Below, piece after piece: positions 14,031-25,400 of a stretch of DNA of 64,000 bases. How positions within the stretch are numbered: position 1 is the stretch's first letter; every line of letters begins with the position of its first letter. The DNA is from Tubiluchus corallicola. Taxonomy: Eukaryota > Animalia > Priapulida. Location of the stretch: contig JAQGDQ010000530.1 in assembly GCA_030141605.1 (NCBI GenBank), positions 1 through 64,000 on the forward strand, written 5' to 3'. A program made the translations under genes and the position numbers. The notes below the pieces were generated by a model. The model was not told the origin of the DNA and searched no databases. It worked only from the letters and a program-made list of their open reading frames with translations.

Positions 14031-14110
14031 TTTGATGGTCTTGGTGGAAATGGCATCAGCGTCATTAGCAAGTGGAGTGAAGTTCCTAAGCGAAAACTGC
14101 TTATACAAAG
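14031..14110 (+). CDS. TTLL4: TTLL4-like exon (FDGLGGNGISVISKWSEVPKRKLLIQR)
   Basis: tttcag/gtagga; aligns to TTLL4 PASARGIGIQVIHKWSQLPKRRPLLVQR. Confidence 0.88.
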
Positions 14111-14219
14111 GTAGGAATGTAGGTGTAATTTAACGTAGTTTTAACTATGCCGACTTAATGGACGGTTTTGGTTTACAAGCACACGATTTACTTCAAATAT
14201 GTATTCTCTTCTTTTATAG

Positions 14220-14345
14220 ATATTCTTCAAAGCCTGAAGATCAAAGTAACAAATTCATACATATTACGAATGGTCATGTCAGTAGTCAAAGTAATCAGAC
14301 TGATCAGCAATTCAATGTTACCGTTCCGATGGATCGATATACATG
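14220..14345 (+). CDS. TTLL4: TTLL4-like exon (YSSKPEDQSNKFIHITN...YTW)
   Basis: ttatag/gtaaat; H(L/I)TN motif. Confidence 0.88.
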
Positions 14346-14428
14346 GTAAATATGGCGGCTCTACGGTTTAATCATCGTTGCACATAGACCTACGCTTTCA
14401 TGATACATGCTTTTATAACAGTTATTAT

Positions 14429-14842
14429 CAGGGGCATATTAACCAATAGACTAACTAGGCAATAGTCTAGGGCGCCTAAGTTTGAGGAGCGTCACATTTT
14501 AGAAAAAAATCTTATTCCCCTGGGAAAATTTGTACACTTTCATATTCATATAAAATGCGCATTTTATAATACACCACGGGCAGTTAGTGAGCGCAGCTTT
14601 TATATAAATGCCACATAACGAACAGGTGCAAGGTATTACACAACAAGCAATTGCTCAGCTTCCTTGAATATGACTGCTTTAATAATGACCTTGCAGAAAC
14701 TAGCTTAATAGTGTTTCTAATACACCACATGTAATTGTTTAATCTGCTAATTACATAAACAACCATAAATTCACAATACAAATGGGCGGGACAGAACTAT
14801 CAGCCTAGGGCGTCAGAAAGTCTTGATACCCCCCCCCCCCTG
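14429..14842. mobile_element. hAT-like MITE
   Basis: cagggg...cccctg ends with an 8-bp TSD gttattat/gttactat (7/8 match). Confidence 0.7.
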
Positions 14843-15283
14843 GTTACTATGCAGAGTTTGCAGCGAAAAACTATTTAGGTGTTTAATTAGTCTGCAAAAA
14901 TTGCAAAAATGTTACATTCAACTTTGATGTTATACATGTTGTTGTTTGACAGGTTATTAAAAGCTAATTCACTAACGAGAAGTGGAGTAAAATATTTAGA
15001 AAATGCCGGAGGTAATAATTTGTGATGAAATCTGTAAATAAACACAAGAGAATGCAAGTCATATATTTCTTTAATCTTAAAGGTGTAAGCCTGTTTGTAT
15101 ATTAAATTAGTTTCATGATGATAAGGAGCTGTATGGATTACTTTAAAAATTTATTTTCAATTCTTTGAAGTTGAGCCAAATTAGATTTGTAATTTGGCGA
15201 CAGTAACTCGCAAAGCAGTTCACACTTGCGAGTTACTGTCAGAGAGAAAACTCGGTCATCTGAATGGACTTTAACTTTTTCAG

Positions 15284-15382
15284 GAATCTTCGGACATTCT
15301 GGCGTTATTTTGAAGGTATAGGAGTCGACTCTCAGTCATTGTGGGAAGCAATGAAGGAAAAAATTGTGAAGCAAATCATTAG
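15284..15382 (+). CDS. TTLL4: TTLL4-like exon (NLRTFWRYFEGIGVDSQSLWEAMKEKIVKQIIS)
   Basis: tttcag/gtgagt, phase 2/2; aligns to ALKALWNYL..GV...IWEKIKDVVVKTII. Confidence 0.88.
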
Positions 15383-16166
15383 GTGAGTTGTCATTTATTG
15401 TATATGTACGTTGTGATAGATTATAATTTGTAACTATGTCTATTGTATAATATTATGATTGTTGTCTTTCATTGTGTGTATCGCGTTTGATTCTAAAATG
15501 ATGTATATGACAATACGTTTAATGCTTTGTAAATGTTTTTAGTAATTTTAAGTCATATCTCTCTGGAAATAGAGGGAATGTATATTGTACATAGTTTTTT
15601 ATAAATGAAAAAATAAATAAATAAGTAAATAATAATAATAATAATAATAATAATTGCTGGGAAATTGAAAATTTATAGTTAACTTAATTTTGAGAAAAAA
15701 CACATGGAAATTACATTATAGAGACATTTAAACAGCATTAACAAATTTAAACCGAAACCACTTTAAGTCGTGGGAACAGTTGTAACACTTTGTATTTTTT
15801 AAAGGGGCGAGTAGTAAAATTTGAACTAGGTATCACATCAATAATAATTATAATCAAATGAGGCGGTGACATAACACCACTTACAAGAATTGTGGTAGGA
15901 CTGGACATTAACTGGTTGTAAAGGCTAAGCTTCTAAGAAAAGTTACTGAAGTGACAAATTTATCTCGTTCACGCTCGATTAAAAATAACAGTGCGATTAC
16001 TGAACATGGTAGTCACTCTTTCAATCACTAGCCAGTTTCGGCGTTACTTAACCTTGGTCACTATGGCCACACCATGACCACTATAAAGAAAAACAGTGGT
16101 TAGCAGACGTACTTTACTTATTGTATTAATCTTATGAACACTAAAACGTTTTTGTAATCTTTCAAG

Positions 16167-16301
16167 CTTTGAAAGTGTCATTTACAATATGCTGAATGCA
16201 CAGTCGTCAACTCCCCATGCATTCTATGAACTGTATGGAATGGATTTCATGATGGATAACAACCTGAAACTTTGGTTGATAGAAATCAATCATCTGCCAG
16301 G
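16167..16301 (+). CDS. TTLL4: TTLL4-like exon (..YELYGMDFMMDNNLKLWLIEINHLPG)
   Basis: ttcaag/gtaagc; GxD...WLxExN catalytic ATP-grasp motif. Confidence 0.92.
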
Positions 16302-16647
16302 GTAAGCGAAAATATCATGACTTTTTAAATGTTCTTATACTAAATAACTTATAAAACATATTAACACTCATTAACTCTTTACGACAAGAAAAGTGACAAT
16401 CACAAAAATCACTGAATTCTGGTACATTGTTCAAAACACAAATAAATCAAAAGATGAGGTAGCGTTAGAGTGCAACCACTCCATCCTACACCATGCTCAA
16501 CTTGCCGCGCGCTCGCAAAACACGGTCACGTGACAGTATGGTAATGACATGGTCAGCAAACGACACATAAAGCCACAGTGCTATGATAAGCGCATGGAAA
16601 AATTAAGGTCACAAGGAGATGATCCCTTTTTTCTTGTATCATAACAG

Positions 16648-16776
16648 ATTATCCATAAACACCAAGTTACTCAAAAGTGTCATTGAACCTGTCGTGCAAG
16701 ACACTTTTAACATTGCTGGACATCGGATACCTAAACATCATTCACATAGAACATCATTCAATTTTGCAGCTCCATG
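16648..16776 (+). CDS. TTLL4: TTLL4-like exon (LSINTKLLKSVIEPVVQDTFNIAGHRIP..)
   Basis: aacag/gtgagt, phase 2/2; matches the D..NLAG..LP block. Confidence 0.82.
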
Positions 16777-16943
16777 GTGAGTATTATTGTTTTTATAGCC
16801 AGACTTTAAAATTTCATGATTTTGCAAAGAGAAATGTCCTACAGACGAAAATGGTATCATAATTCAATTTATGTTACAATTTTAGATTTGTCAACCATCT
16901 ATTCATTAACCAGCCTCTCAGCTGTTTAAACTTCAGTAGAGTC

Positions 16944-17107
16944 AAGTGGCGTTTACCAGACATCCCGACTACTGCGTGTAAAAATCAATAGGAAATAGGT
17001 GCAGAAAAAAGAACTCATAACGCAGGTCTGATAAACGGGTGCATTGAAAACAACATAAACCGATTTCATCTATTCCATATCCGTTATTTTCCCTGGTAAA
17101 CGCCATT
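16944..17107. mobile_element. MITE-like element, family A copy 2 (internally deleted)
   Basis: aagtggcgtttaccag...ctggtaaacgccatt; homologous to 3377-3775. Confidence 0.6.
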
Positions 17108-17290
17108 TTATACGATTAATAATCTTGTCCATTCACTATGTATTAGTAGGTCTATCACGTGGCATTTTGCGAAATTCAATGTGTTCTCACATATCCCATC
17201 ATTATCACAGTAACCCACAAAGCTGCCAAATCACTTCAGTCGGTGATCTGTCCAATGAAGAACTCTGGTACATAATTAAATATGTTTCAG

Positions 17291-17417
17291 TAATTCATCC
17301 ATTACGCCTGGCGACTTCATAGGACCAGTATTGGAACCACCGCCGCTGATAGACGCTACTCTTACACCACACGAAAAACAAAAGCGTTCATTTTTTACTA
17401 CAAAGTCTACAGAAATG
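17291..17417 (+). CDS. TTLL4: TTLL4-like exon (..LTPHEKQKRSFFTTKSTEM)
   Basis: tttcag/gtatgt; phases 2/0 bridge the neighbouring exons. Confidence 0.7.
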
Positions 17418-17871
17418 GTATGTAATCTCTTATGCAAATTTTTGCCAGGGACAGACTAATGAAACATCAGAGAAAGGCTAGCATAGAAAAAGAGTTATGC
17501 CATAATAGTCTCCTAATATTAATTTTGTTTGAATTTCTTTTGATTTATGCATTTTGTGCAAAAACTTTGCAGCCATTTTGTTTTGTTTTGCATTTTGACC
17601 TTTTCCACCGGAAACAGCATAATAAAATCGATAAGTCTGGCTTCTTGACCACTTTTAGAAAGAAATGTTCCCAGAACTTTATCGAAGCACCTTTCCAGGA
17701 TTTTCTTCTAGTCTGTTTGACTTTTTCAACAGCTCTGTTACGGTAAAGCAGTACCGTTACGTTTTAATATTGAGTTAAATACATCTACTCTGTTTTCGTA
17801 ATTATTATTATTGTCATATTGTGCAATTTTAGCTTAATTTCAGTTTCAGTTCAATTTCACAAAGAAATGGC

Positions 17872-18575
17872 GATCTTATTACCAGGCACCATAAATTAAC
17901 TGGGACTTCTTTCCTGTGACTTTTTTCTCGTGATCTTATTACCAGCCACCGTAAATTAATTGGGACTTCTTTCCTGTGACTTTTTTCTCGTGATCTTATT
18001 ACCAGGCACCGTAAATTAATTAGGACTTCTTTCCTGTGACTTTTTTCTCGTGATCTTATTACGAGGCACCATAAATTAATTGGGACTTATTTCCTGTGAC
18101 TTTTTTTTCATGATCTTATTACCAGGCACCGTAAATTAATTGGGACTGCTTTCCTGTGACTTTTTTCTCATGATCTTATTACCAGGCACCATAAATTAAT
18201 TGTGACTTATTTCCTGTGACTTTTGTTTCGTGATCTTACTACCAGGCACCATAAAATAATTGCGACTTCTTTCCTGTGACTTTTTTTCTCGTGATCTTAT
18301 TACCAGGCACCATAAATTAATTGTGACTTCTTTTTTGTGACTTTTGTTTTGTGATCTTATTACCACGCACCATAAGTTAATTGCGACTGCTTTCTTGTGA
18401 CTTTTGTTTTGTGATCTTATTACCAGGCACCATAAATTAATTGTGACTTCTTTCTTGAGACTTTTGTTTTGTGATCTTATTACCAGGCACCATAAATTAA
18501 TTGCGACGGCTTTCTTGTGACTTTTTTCACGTGATTTTATTACCAGGCACCCTAATTGCGACTTATTTCCTGTAA
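17872..18575. repeat. 60-bp minisatellite, ~12 copies
   Basis: Unit gatcttattaccaggcaccataaattaattgggacttctttcctgtgacttttttctcgt. Confidence 0.97.
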
Positions 18576-18815
18576 CTTTTTTCTAGCCACAATTGTGACT
18601 TTTCCTGTTACTTTATTACTGGTTCGGTATGTGTGTGTCACAAAACATGACAATTGCCTACAGTACGATTACATGACACACTATACTTAACACGTGATGA
18701 AACTGTGTGTTCAGCTTAGCTTTGAACTGTAGTACTTATACCAAACTTATACGACTTTTTAAGCCGTGAATCAACAATATCTTGAAAGAAAATAAAATTC
18801 TTCATTTATTCGCAG

Positions 18816-19026
18816 GATGTGAGTTCAAATATTCTAGATGACCTGACATAAGCTGATGTACGTGAACTAGTAGAAGCAGAAGATGAATATCACAGACGAG
18901 GAGGATTTGAACGGATCTTTCCCAGCTTAGTATCTCATAGATACTTAAAATACTTTGAGAAAAAAAGATACAGCAATTTACTATTAGATGCTTGGACCAG
19001 GAAATATAACACATATCCAGAGAAAG
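18816..19026 (+). pseudogene. TTLL4: TTLL4-like exon with in-frame TAA (ILDDLT*ADVRELVEAEDEYHRRGGFERIFP..)
   Basis: tcgcag/gtaaga; strong match to TTLL4 VLDVLTPDDVRILVEMEDEFSRRGQFERIFP; stop at 18849-18851. Confidence 0.9.
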
Positions 19027-19727
19027 GTAAGACAAAGTTAAACCTAGGCAAACTTTACTATTGAGTTTATAAAAAAGCACTTCAGTAAGAACCACTTAAA
19101 GGTCTACAAAACCCCAACAGACATTGAGGTTTTTTAGTGAGGGCTTAGTTTGACTTTAATTATATACACATTCTGACATTCTTCCGTTTTGTGGGATGTA
19201 GAAACGATTGCAGTTACGTTGAAAAAAGTTGTTCCATCCCTATAGATTTCAGATTTAGATTCAGAATCCAGTCCATATAGAGTGCCAGACAGCTTGTACT
19301 GGATGGCAGATGTAAAAAAAAAGAAATGACCGGAGTGGGTCAGGAGCTGTTGCCAATAGCAACAGACATGTTAGTGACTTTTTAGTTAATGAGGATATCA
19401 CATTTTAAGCGTTAATAATAGCACACAATTTGTGGTATAGATATCAACATTTATATTTTCGTTTTTTAGTACAGAGCTTCTGCTGATTTTTTGAGCTTAT
19501 GTAAACTAGTTTAAAGTACAAAATCTATCACACGTTTTAGTTGTAAGTATAATTCTTATGCATCCAAGTAAAACATAAATTTCTGTTCTATTTTAAATCT
19601 ATTACTCGATGTGAAATGTTTAGTATCAGTGTTCTGTAAACTGGCTGGCTGAAAAAAAACACGTTTTCCATATAAGCACATGGAATTGTTTTTATGTACA
19701 TAACATGGGATTTTTTGTAATTTTCAG

Positions 19728-19813
19728 GGTGGGAAATATTAGAATTGCACTGCAAAGCAGGGAAACACATAGAAAACAATGAACCATTCCAATTCTGGAC
19801 GACACAGTTATAA
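19728..19813 (+). CDS. TTLL4: TTLL4-like last exon (GWEILELHCKAGKH...TQL*)
   Basis: tttcag acceptor, phase 1; aligns to GVDLLRSWCYKGFH; AATAAA cluster near 20220-20235. Confidence 0.7.
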
Positions 19814-20937
19814 TACCTGTTGTTTTATTTAATAGTGTAAGATCTTCAATATATATACAATAATTCTTATATACAATAATTCTAACGCTTCACTTTACAT
19901 GTATGTTACCATTTTGTATAATGTAATTTTAATACAATAAGTATAAATTAGTTGAAACATGTAATTGCAATTCTAAAATTTGTTGTGTACCAAACATTGT
20001 AAAATAGCTTAACATAATATAACATAATTGTAATATTTAACCGCTGTAAATACTGTTCACTATTATTATTGTGTTTTATTGTGTATCATGTTGATGATTA
20101 TACCCCACGTGCAGGGTTTTGTCAGTGTAGTTTTTTCTTCATTGTAACTGCTTTGCATTGTTTATGTAATGTTTGCAATTTGTAATTGCAATTCTCTTTT
20201 GTATGGCTTGTAAATCGTCAATAAATAAATAATAAAATACTCAGTGAAGAAACATGACTGAAAGTTGACAGTACTTGAGGAGAGGTGCCTGGTCCTATTA
20301 TCAGCAGAGATGAGGATTATACTAATTTATTATCTTAGATTATCTAGATAGTTTCAAAATCCAGTTGTGAAATGGATGCTATGTAATTCATAGCACTGCT
20401 TTGTTTGGTTTGCCAGCTCTTATGGTTTTCTCTTATACAAGTCGTGGGACAAATTTCTTTTACTTTGAATATTTTGCTGTTCTGCCTTTTGTACAGTTTG
20501 ACTTTTTAAGACACCTATTTACATAATTCTTCCCCCTTTCCTTCACTTTTAGGATCAGCCCTACACACTTGACTTGCAGGACATTTTGGGGATAGTCGTA
20601 AAAGTACCTCATTTCTCCTTATCAGCTGTCACAGTGTGGCTTCAGCTCACCTTATTTTTTAGACGCTTTTCCTCACTTGTTACAACTTATTACCTTAAAT
20701 TATTTACTTGTCTTTATACGATAATAGTAAAACAAAAGTAACAAGGCATCTAAGAGTTGAAAGACATTAGATCTAAACTATTAAATGTTATAAGAGCAAT
20801 TATGTTTGTTATTATAGTACAGCATTCTCTGAATACGGTTCTGAAATTGTGCAATAAAGTGCAACGCTTTTTCATGACAACTAATTATAAAATCTCAGCT
20901 CTAAATTTGCCAATAGTTCGTAAACTGTACAAAAGAC

Positions 20938-21052
20938 CACGTGATCCAATACTGATGTCACGTGATCCAATACTTTGTCACGTGATCCAATACTGATGTC
21001 ACGTGATCCAATGCTGATGTCACGTGATCCAATACTGATGTCAGTGATCCAA
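20938..21052. repeat. 21-bp tandem repeat containing CACGTG, ~5.5 copies
   Basis: Unit cacgtgatccaatactgatgt, located between the two convergent 3' ends. Confidence 0.93.
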
Positions 21053-21285
21053 CAGTTACAATGGCAATATTATAAGAAAATGATAATTAGTGATCAGTTA
21101 GGCTAATAAGAAATAACTGGCAAAAGCAACACTCAAATTACACACAAGACATTTATTCATATTTGAACTTTTCATTACCTTTCGTGCATACATTAAGCAA
21201 AATTAAAAATATCACTATTTACATTTTTCGCAATTGGATTATGTGTCAGAAGTTCAGAAAACTACAATCCATTCAGCCAAGGGGA

Positions 21286-22447
21286 CTAATTTCTTGACTG
21301 GCTAGGCTGTTGCACGGGTGATTTAGAAGAAGTTTTCAACGAAGATACACGACTATGCACTGGAGAAACCCGTGAAGGGGAATTATCCCTTGACTGGCTA
21401 GGCTGTTGCATCGGCACATTAGTAGAAGTTTTCGATGATGATACATGACTAGGCACTCGTGAATCACGAGAAGGGGAATAATCCCTAGACTGACTAGGCT
21501 GTTGCATGGGTGTACTAGAAGGAGTTTTCAATGCACATTCAAGACTGTGTACTTGAGAGTCCCGAGAAGGGGAATAATCCCTTGATTGACCAGGCTGTTG
21601 CATGGGTGTGCTAGGAGTTTTCAATGCAGATTCAAGGCCATGAACTTGAGAGTCCAGAGAAGTGGAATAATCCCTTGACTGACCAGGCTGCTGCATGGGT
21701 ATGCTAGAAGGACCTTTCAATGAAGATTCAAGACCATGTACTTGAGAATCCTGAGAAGGGGTATAATCCCTTGACTGACTGGGCTGCTGGATGGGTACGC
21801 TAGAAGGACCTTTCAATGAAGATTCAAGGCCATGAACTTGAGAATCCCGAGAAGTTGAATAATCCCTTGACTGGCTAGGCTGCTGGATGGGTACGCTAGA
21901 AGGCATTTTCAATGCAGATTCAAGACCGTGTACTTGAGAATCCCGAGAAATAGAATAATCCCTATACTGGCTAGGCTGTGGCATGGGTACGTTGGAAGAA
22001 CTTTTTAATGAAGATACAAAACTAGGCACTTGAGAGTCACGAGAAATGGAATAATCCCTTGACTGATTTGGAATTTGCATAAGTGCAAGAGGAGTTTTCA
22101 GTGCAGATACAAAACTAGGCACTTGAGAGTCACGAGAAATGGAATAATCCCTTGACTGACTCGGCCGTTGCAAAGCTAGGCTAGAAGGAATATTCAATGA
22201 ACACTCGAGATCAAGTACTTTAGAGTTGTGAGCTCTTGCTTGACTAAGCTGTTGTATTGGGGTGCTAGGTGGAGCCTTCAATGAAGATGTGAAGCTAGGC
22301 ACTTGGAAATCTCGAGAAGCAGCGAGGTTTCGAAATGGATCATCTTGTTCAATCGGTCTCGTTGATGATGCTAAATACTCATTGGCGTGCATCTGTGCTC
22401 GAGAGATTATCTCGTTAATTTCTTCAGTTCTTGATCTCGTTGGCGAC
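21286..22447 (-). CDS. terminal exon of the coiled-coil gene with ~10 tandem 32-aa S/P/Q/R-rich repeats
   Basis: ccttcag acceptor, phase 2 matches the 26524 donor; 96-bp (some 93-bp) repeat units; stop at 21286. Confidence 0.85.
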
Positions 22448-25400
22448 CTGAAGGATAAGAATGATAATCATTGAGTTTACTAAGCTAGTTACATAAACAC
22501 ACACGCTGTACGGAAGAGGCTAGTTTGATTTGTTTTGTGTAAGAAATAAAAGTCAAAACTGGACTTACAGGGAGTATGTTACAAAACTTTCTTGCAAATT
22601 ACAAAATTTGAAGATGATTTAAAGTGCAAATTTGCTGTTAGGTTGTGTAAACATAGGTACATGTATGTTAGGTTTAGGTTACTAATGTTAGTACATTCAT
22701 TCATGGTTTCAAGTAATATAAATACAAAGGATGAATTGTTCTTTTATGGTGAGGGCCGGATCACACCTTCTGGGGCCCCTAGGCTAATGAAATTATGGGC
22801 TCTCCTCAGATGTAGCCACCTTCTAAGTTGCAAGCATTGGTCTTAAATATTTTTACTTTCTTACTGATGTATTGTAAAAAGTGACATTTTCACAGCTTGA
22901 AGTAAACTTATAGCAAATTCTTTAAGTAAGCTAGAATAGCTAATTGTTTGGTTATCAACAAAAATATTCTTTAAGAAATACTCCTATTTTGCTATTATTA
23001 CAAACCAAATTAGTGCATAACCATAGTGAAAAACAATTTTTTTCAACTGTTACCAAATCTTGAGAGCCGTTTATGGTGTATTTCTACGTTAACATAGAAC
23101 AGCACCATAAAAACTAGCAATAGTAAAGAAAGGGAGCACATACTGCAGTGTTCATGGTTTACCTAGCTGCATTCATGATATTAATCAGTGGTGTAGCTTC
23201 CTGATGTAGGAAAATTTTAGATTGTCAAAATTTAGCAGTGATGGCTCGTAGTTGTGATAAGTTTTGGAGATAAATTTATAAAATATGGAATAACAATTTA
23301 TCAAGGGCTCTGCATATCAATTTATCAAGGGCTAGGCATGACAATTCATCAAGTTCTAGGCATGACAATTCATCAATGGCTAGGCATGACAATTCATCAA
23401 TGGCTAGGCATGACAATTTATCAAGTTCTAGGCATGACAATTTATCAAGGGCTCTGCATATCAATTTATCAAGGGCTAGGCATGACAATTTATCAAAGGC
23501 TAGGTATGACAATTTATCAAAGGCTAGGTATGACAATTTGTTGAGGTCTAGGCATGGCAATTTATCAAGGGCTAGGCATGGCAATTTATCAAAGGCTAGG
23601 TATGACAATTTATTGAGGTCTAGGCATGGCAATTTATCAAGAGCTAGGCATGACAGTTTATCAAGGTCTAGGCATGACAATTTATCAAGGGCTAGGCATG
23701 ACAATTTATCAAGTTCTAGGCATAACAATTTATCAAGGCTCTGCATATCAATTTATCAAAGGCTAGGTATGACAATTTATTGAGGTCTAGGCATGGCAAT
23801 TTATCAAGGGCTAGGCATGGCAATTTATCAAGGGCTAGGCATGACAATTTATCAAGTTCTAGGCATAACAATTTATCAAGGGCTCTGCATATCAATTTAT
23901 CAAAGGCTAGGTATGACAATTTATTGAGGTCTAGGCATGGCAATTTATCAAGAACTAGGTATGACAATTTATCAAGAGCTATCATAATTTATCAAGGGCT
24001 AAGCATAACAATTTATCAAGGGCTAAGCATAACAATTTATCAAGGGCTCTGCATATCAATTTATCAAGGGCTAGGTATGACAATTTATCAAGGTCTAGGC
24101 ATAACAATTTATTGAGGTCTAGGCATGGCAATTTATCAAGAGCTAGGCATGACAATTTATCAAGGTCTAGGCATGACAATTTATCAAGGTCTAGGCATAA
24201 CAATTTATTGAGGTCTAGGCATGGCAATTTATCAAGAGCTAGGCATGACAATTTATCAAGGGCTAGGCATGACAATTTATCAAGGGCTTGGCATGACAAT
24301 TTATCAAGGGCTAGGCATGAAAATTTATCAAGGGCTCTGCATATCAATTTATTAAGGGCTAGGTACGACAGTTTATCAAGGTCTAGGCATGACAATTTAT
24401 CAAGGGCTTGGCATGACAATTTATCAAGGGCTTGGCATGACAATTTATCAAGGGCTTGGCATATTGTGAATTAACTTTGAATCTCAAACTGGTTGAAAGT
24501 TTCCACTTTAGTGGTTTCATTAGACAGAAGCTGTTATTAAGTTTTTAATCAGTTGAGTTTGTATAGTATTAAGGTTAAAATGGAAAATGGATAAAAACTA
24601 TGAATATTTTTTATCTAGCCCAGATATGTTAGTCTGGATAATTTCAACATTCTAGATAATTGGGATCTGGATACTTGAGGTCCTACTGAACTGAAAAAAA
24701 AATGTTTGTGAAGAAATAAATTCACCCTACATGCTTTAAAAGTTACAATGTTCAAATGCTTCTTCAAATGTTAATGCAAGAAAGAGCATGATCATAAAAT
24801 TTAATGTATTTCACAGTTAACTGAGAAGTATGCTGCAGAGAAATGTTAAAAGCAAAGACAAACCATTATTTACACATATTACAATGATATTAAATTACTA
24901 AATACCATCTTCCTTCGCAAAGGATGGTGGAAGCTGTGTTTTCGTGGAAAATTAAATTGTCAGATGTTTTTCTTTTTACCGTTCCGATAGATTAATTTTT
25001 TCAGTGCACTTGATCACCACTCTGAAAGGTTCCGCCCAGCACAGACTCCCCCTCTGCCTTCCTAGCTATGCCACTAATGTTAGTGATCATTTTTATTAGA
25101 TAAAACCTTTGTGCTGTCGTTCATTATATTCTCTCCATTTACTAAGTTTGGCGGAAGACAGGAAATTTACTGCATAATTTGCTCTTAATGAAAGTTTGTC
25201 AGTAAAACTCATAAGTTTGATGTCAGGAATACTTTGGTAGGGTGATTTGTGCAGTTTATGTTTGTCTTATTACTACAGTTAAAAGCAAAATTGTACAAAT
25301 TTTAAGAATGCAAGACGTTTGAAAAAAGAAAGTACAATACTTTAAAAACAAAAACGTGTGTTGAAACACAGGCATTAGTAGCTGTTTCCCAAGGGAAATA

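Noticed and set aside
14953-15011. AG..GT-bounded open segment (LLKANSLTRSGVKYLENAG) as an alternative TTLL exon
   Set aside because: 15284-15382 already gives the better match; this would need an unsupported alternative acceptor
23254-24474. LDKLSCLA-repeat, LRR-like ORFs
   Set aside because: Products of the 24-bp satellite; frames are broken by stops and indels
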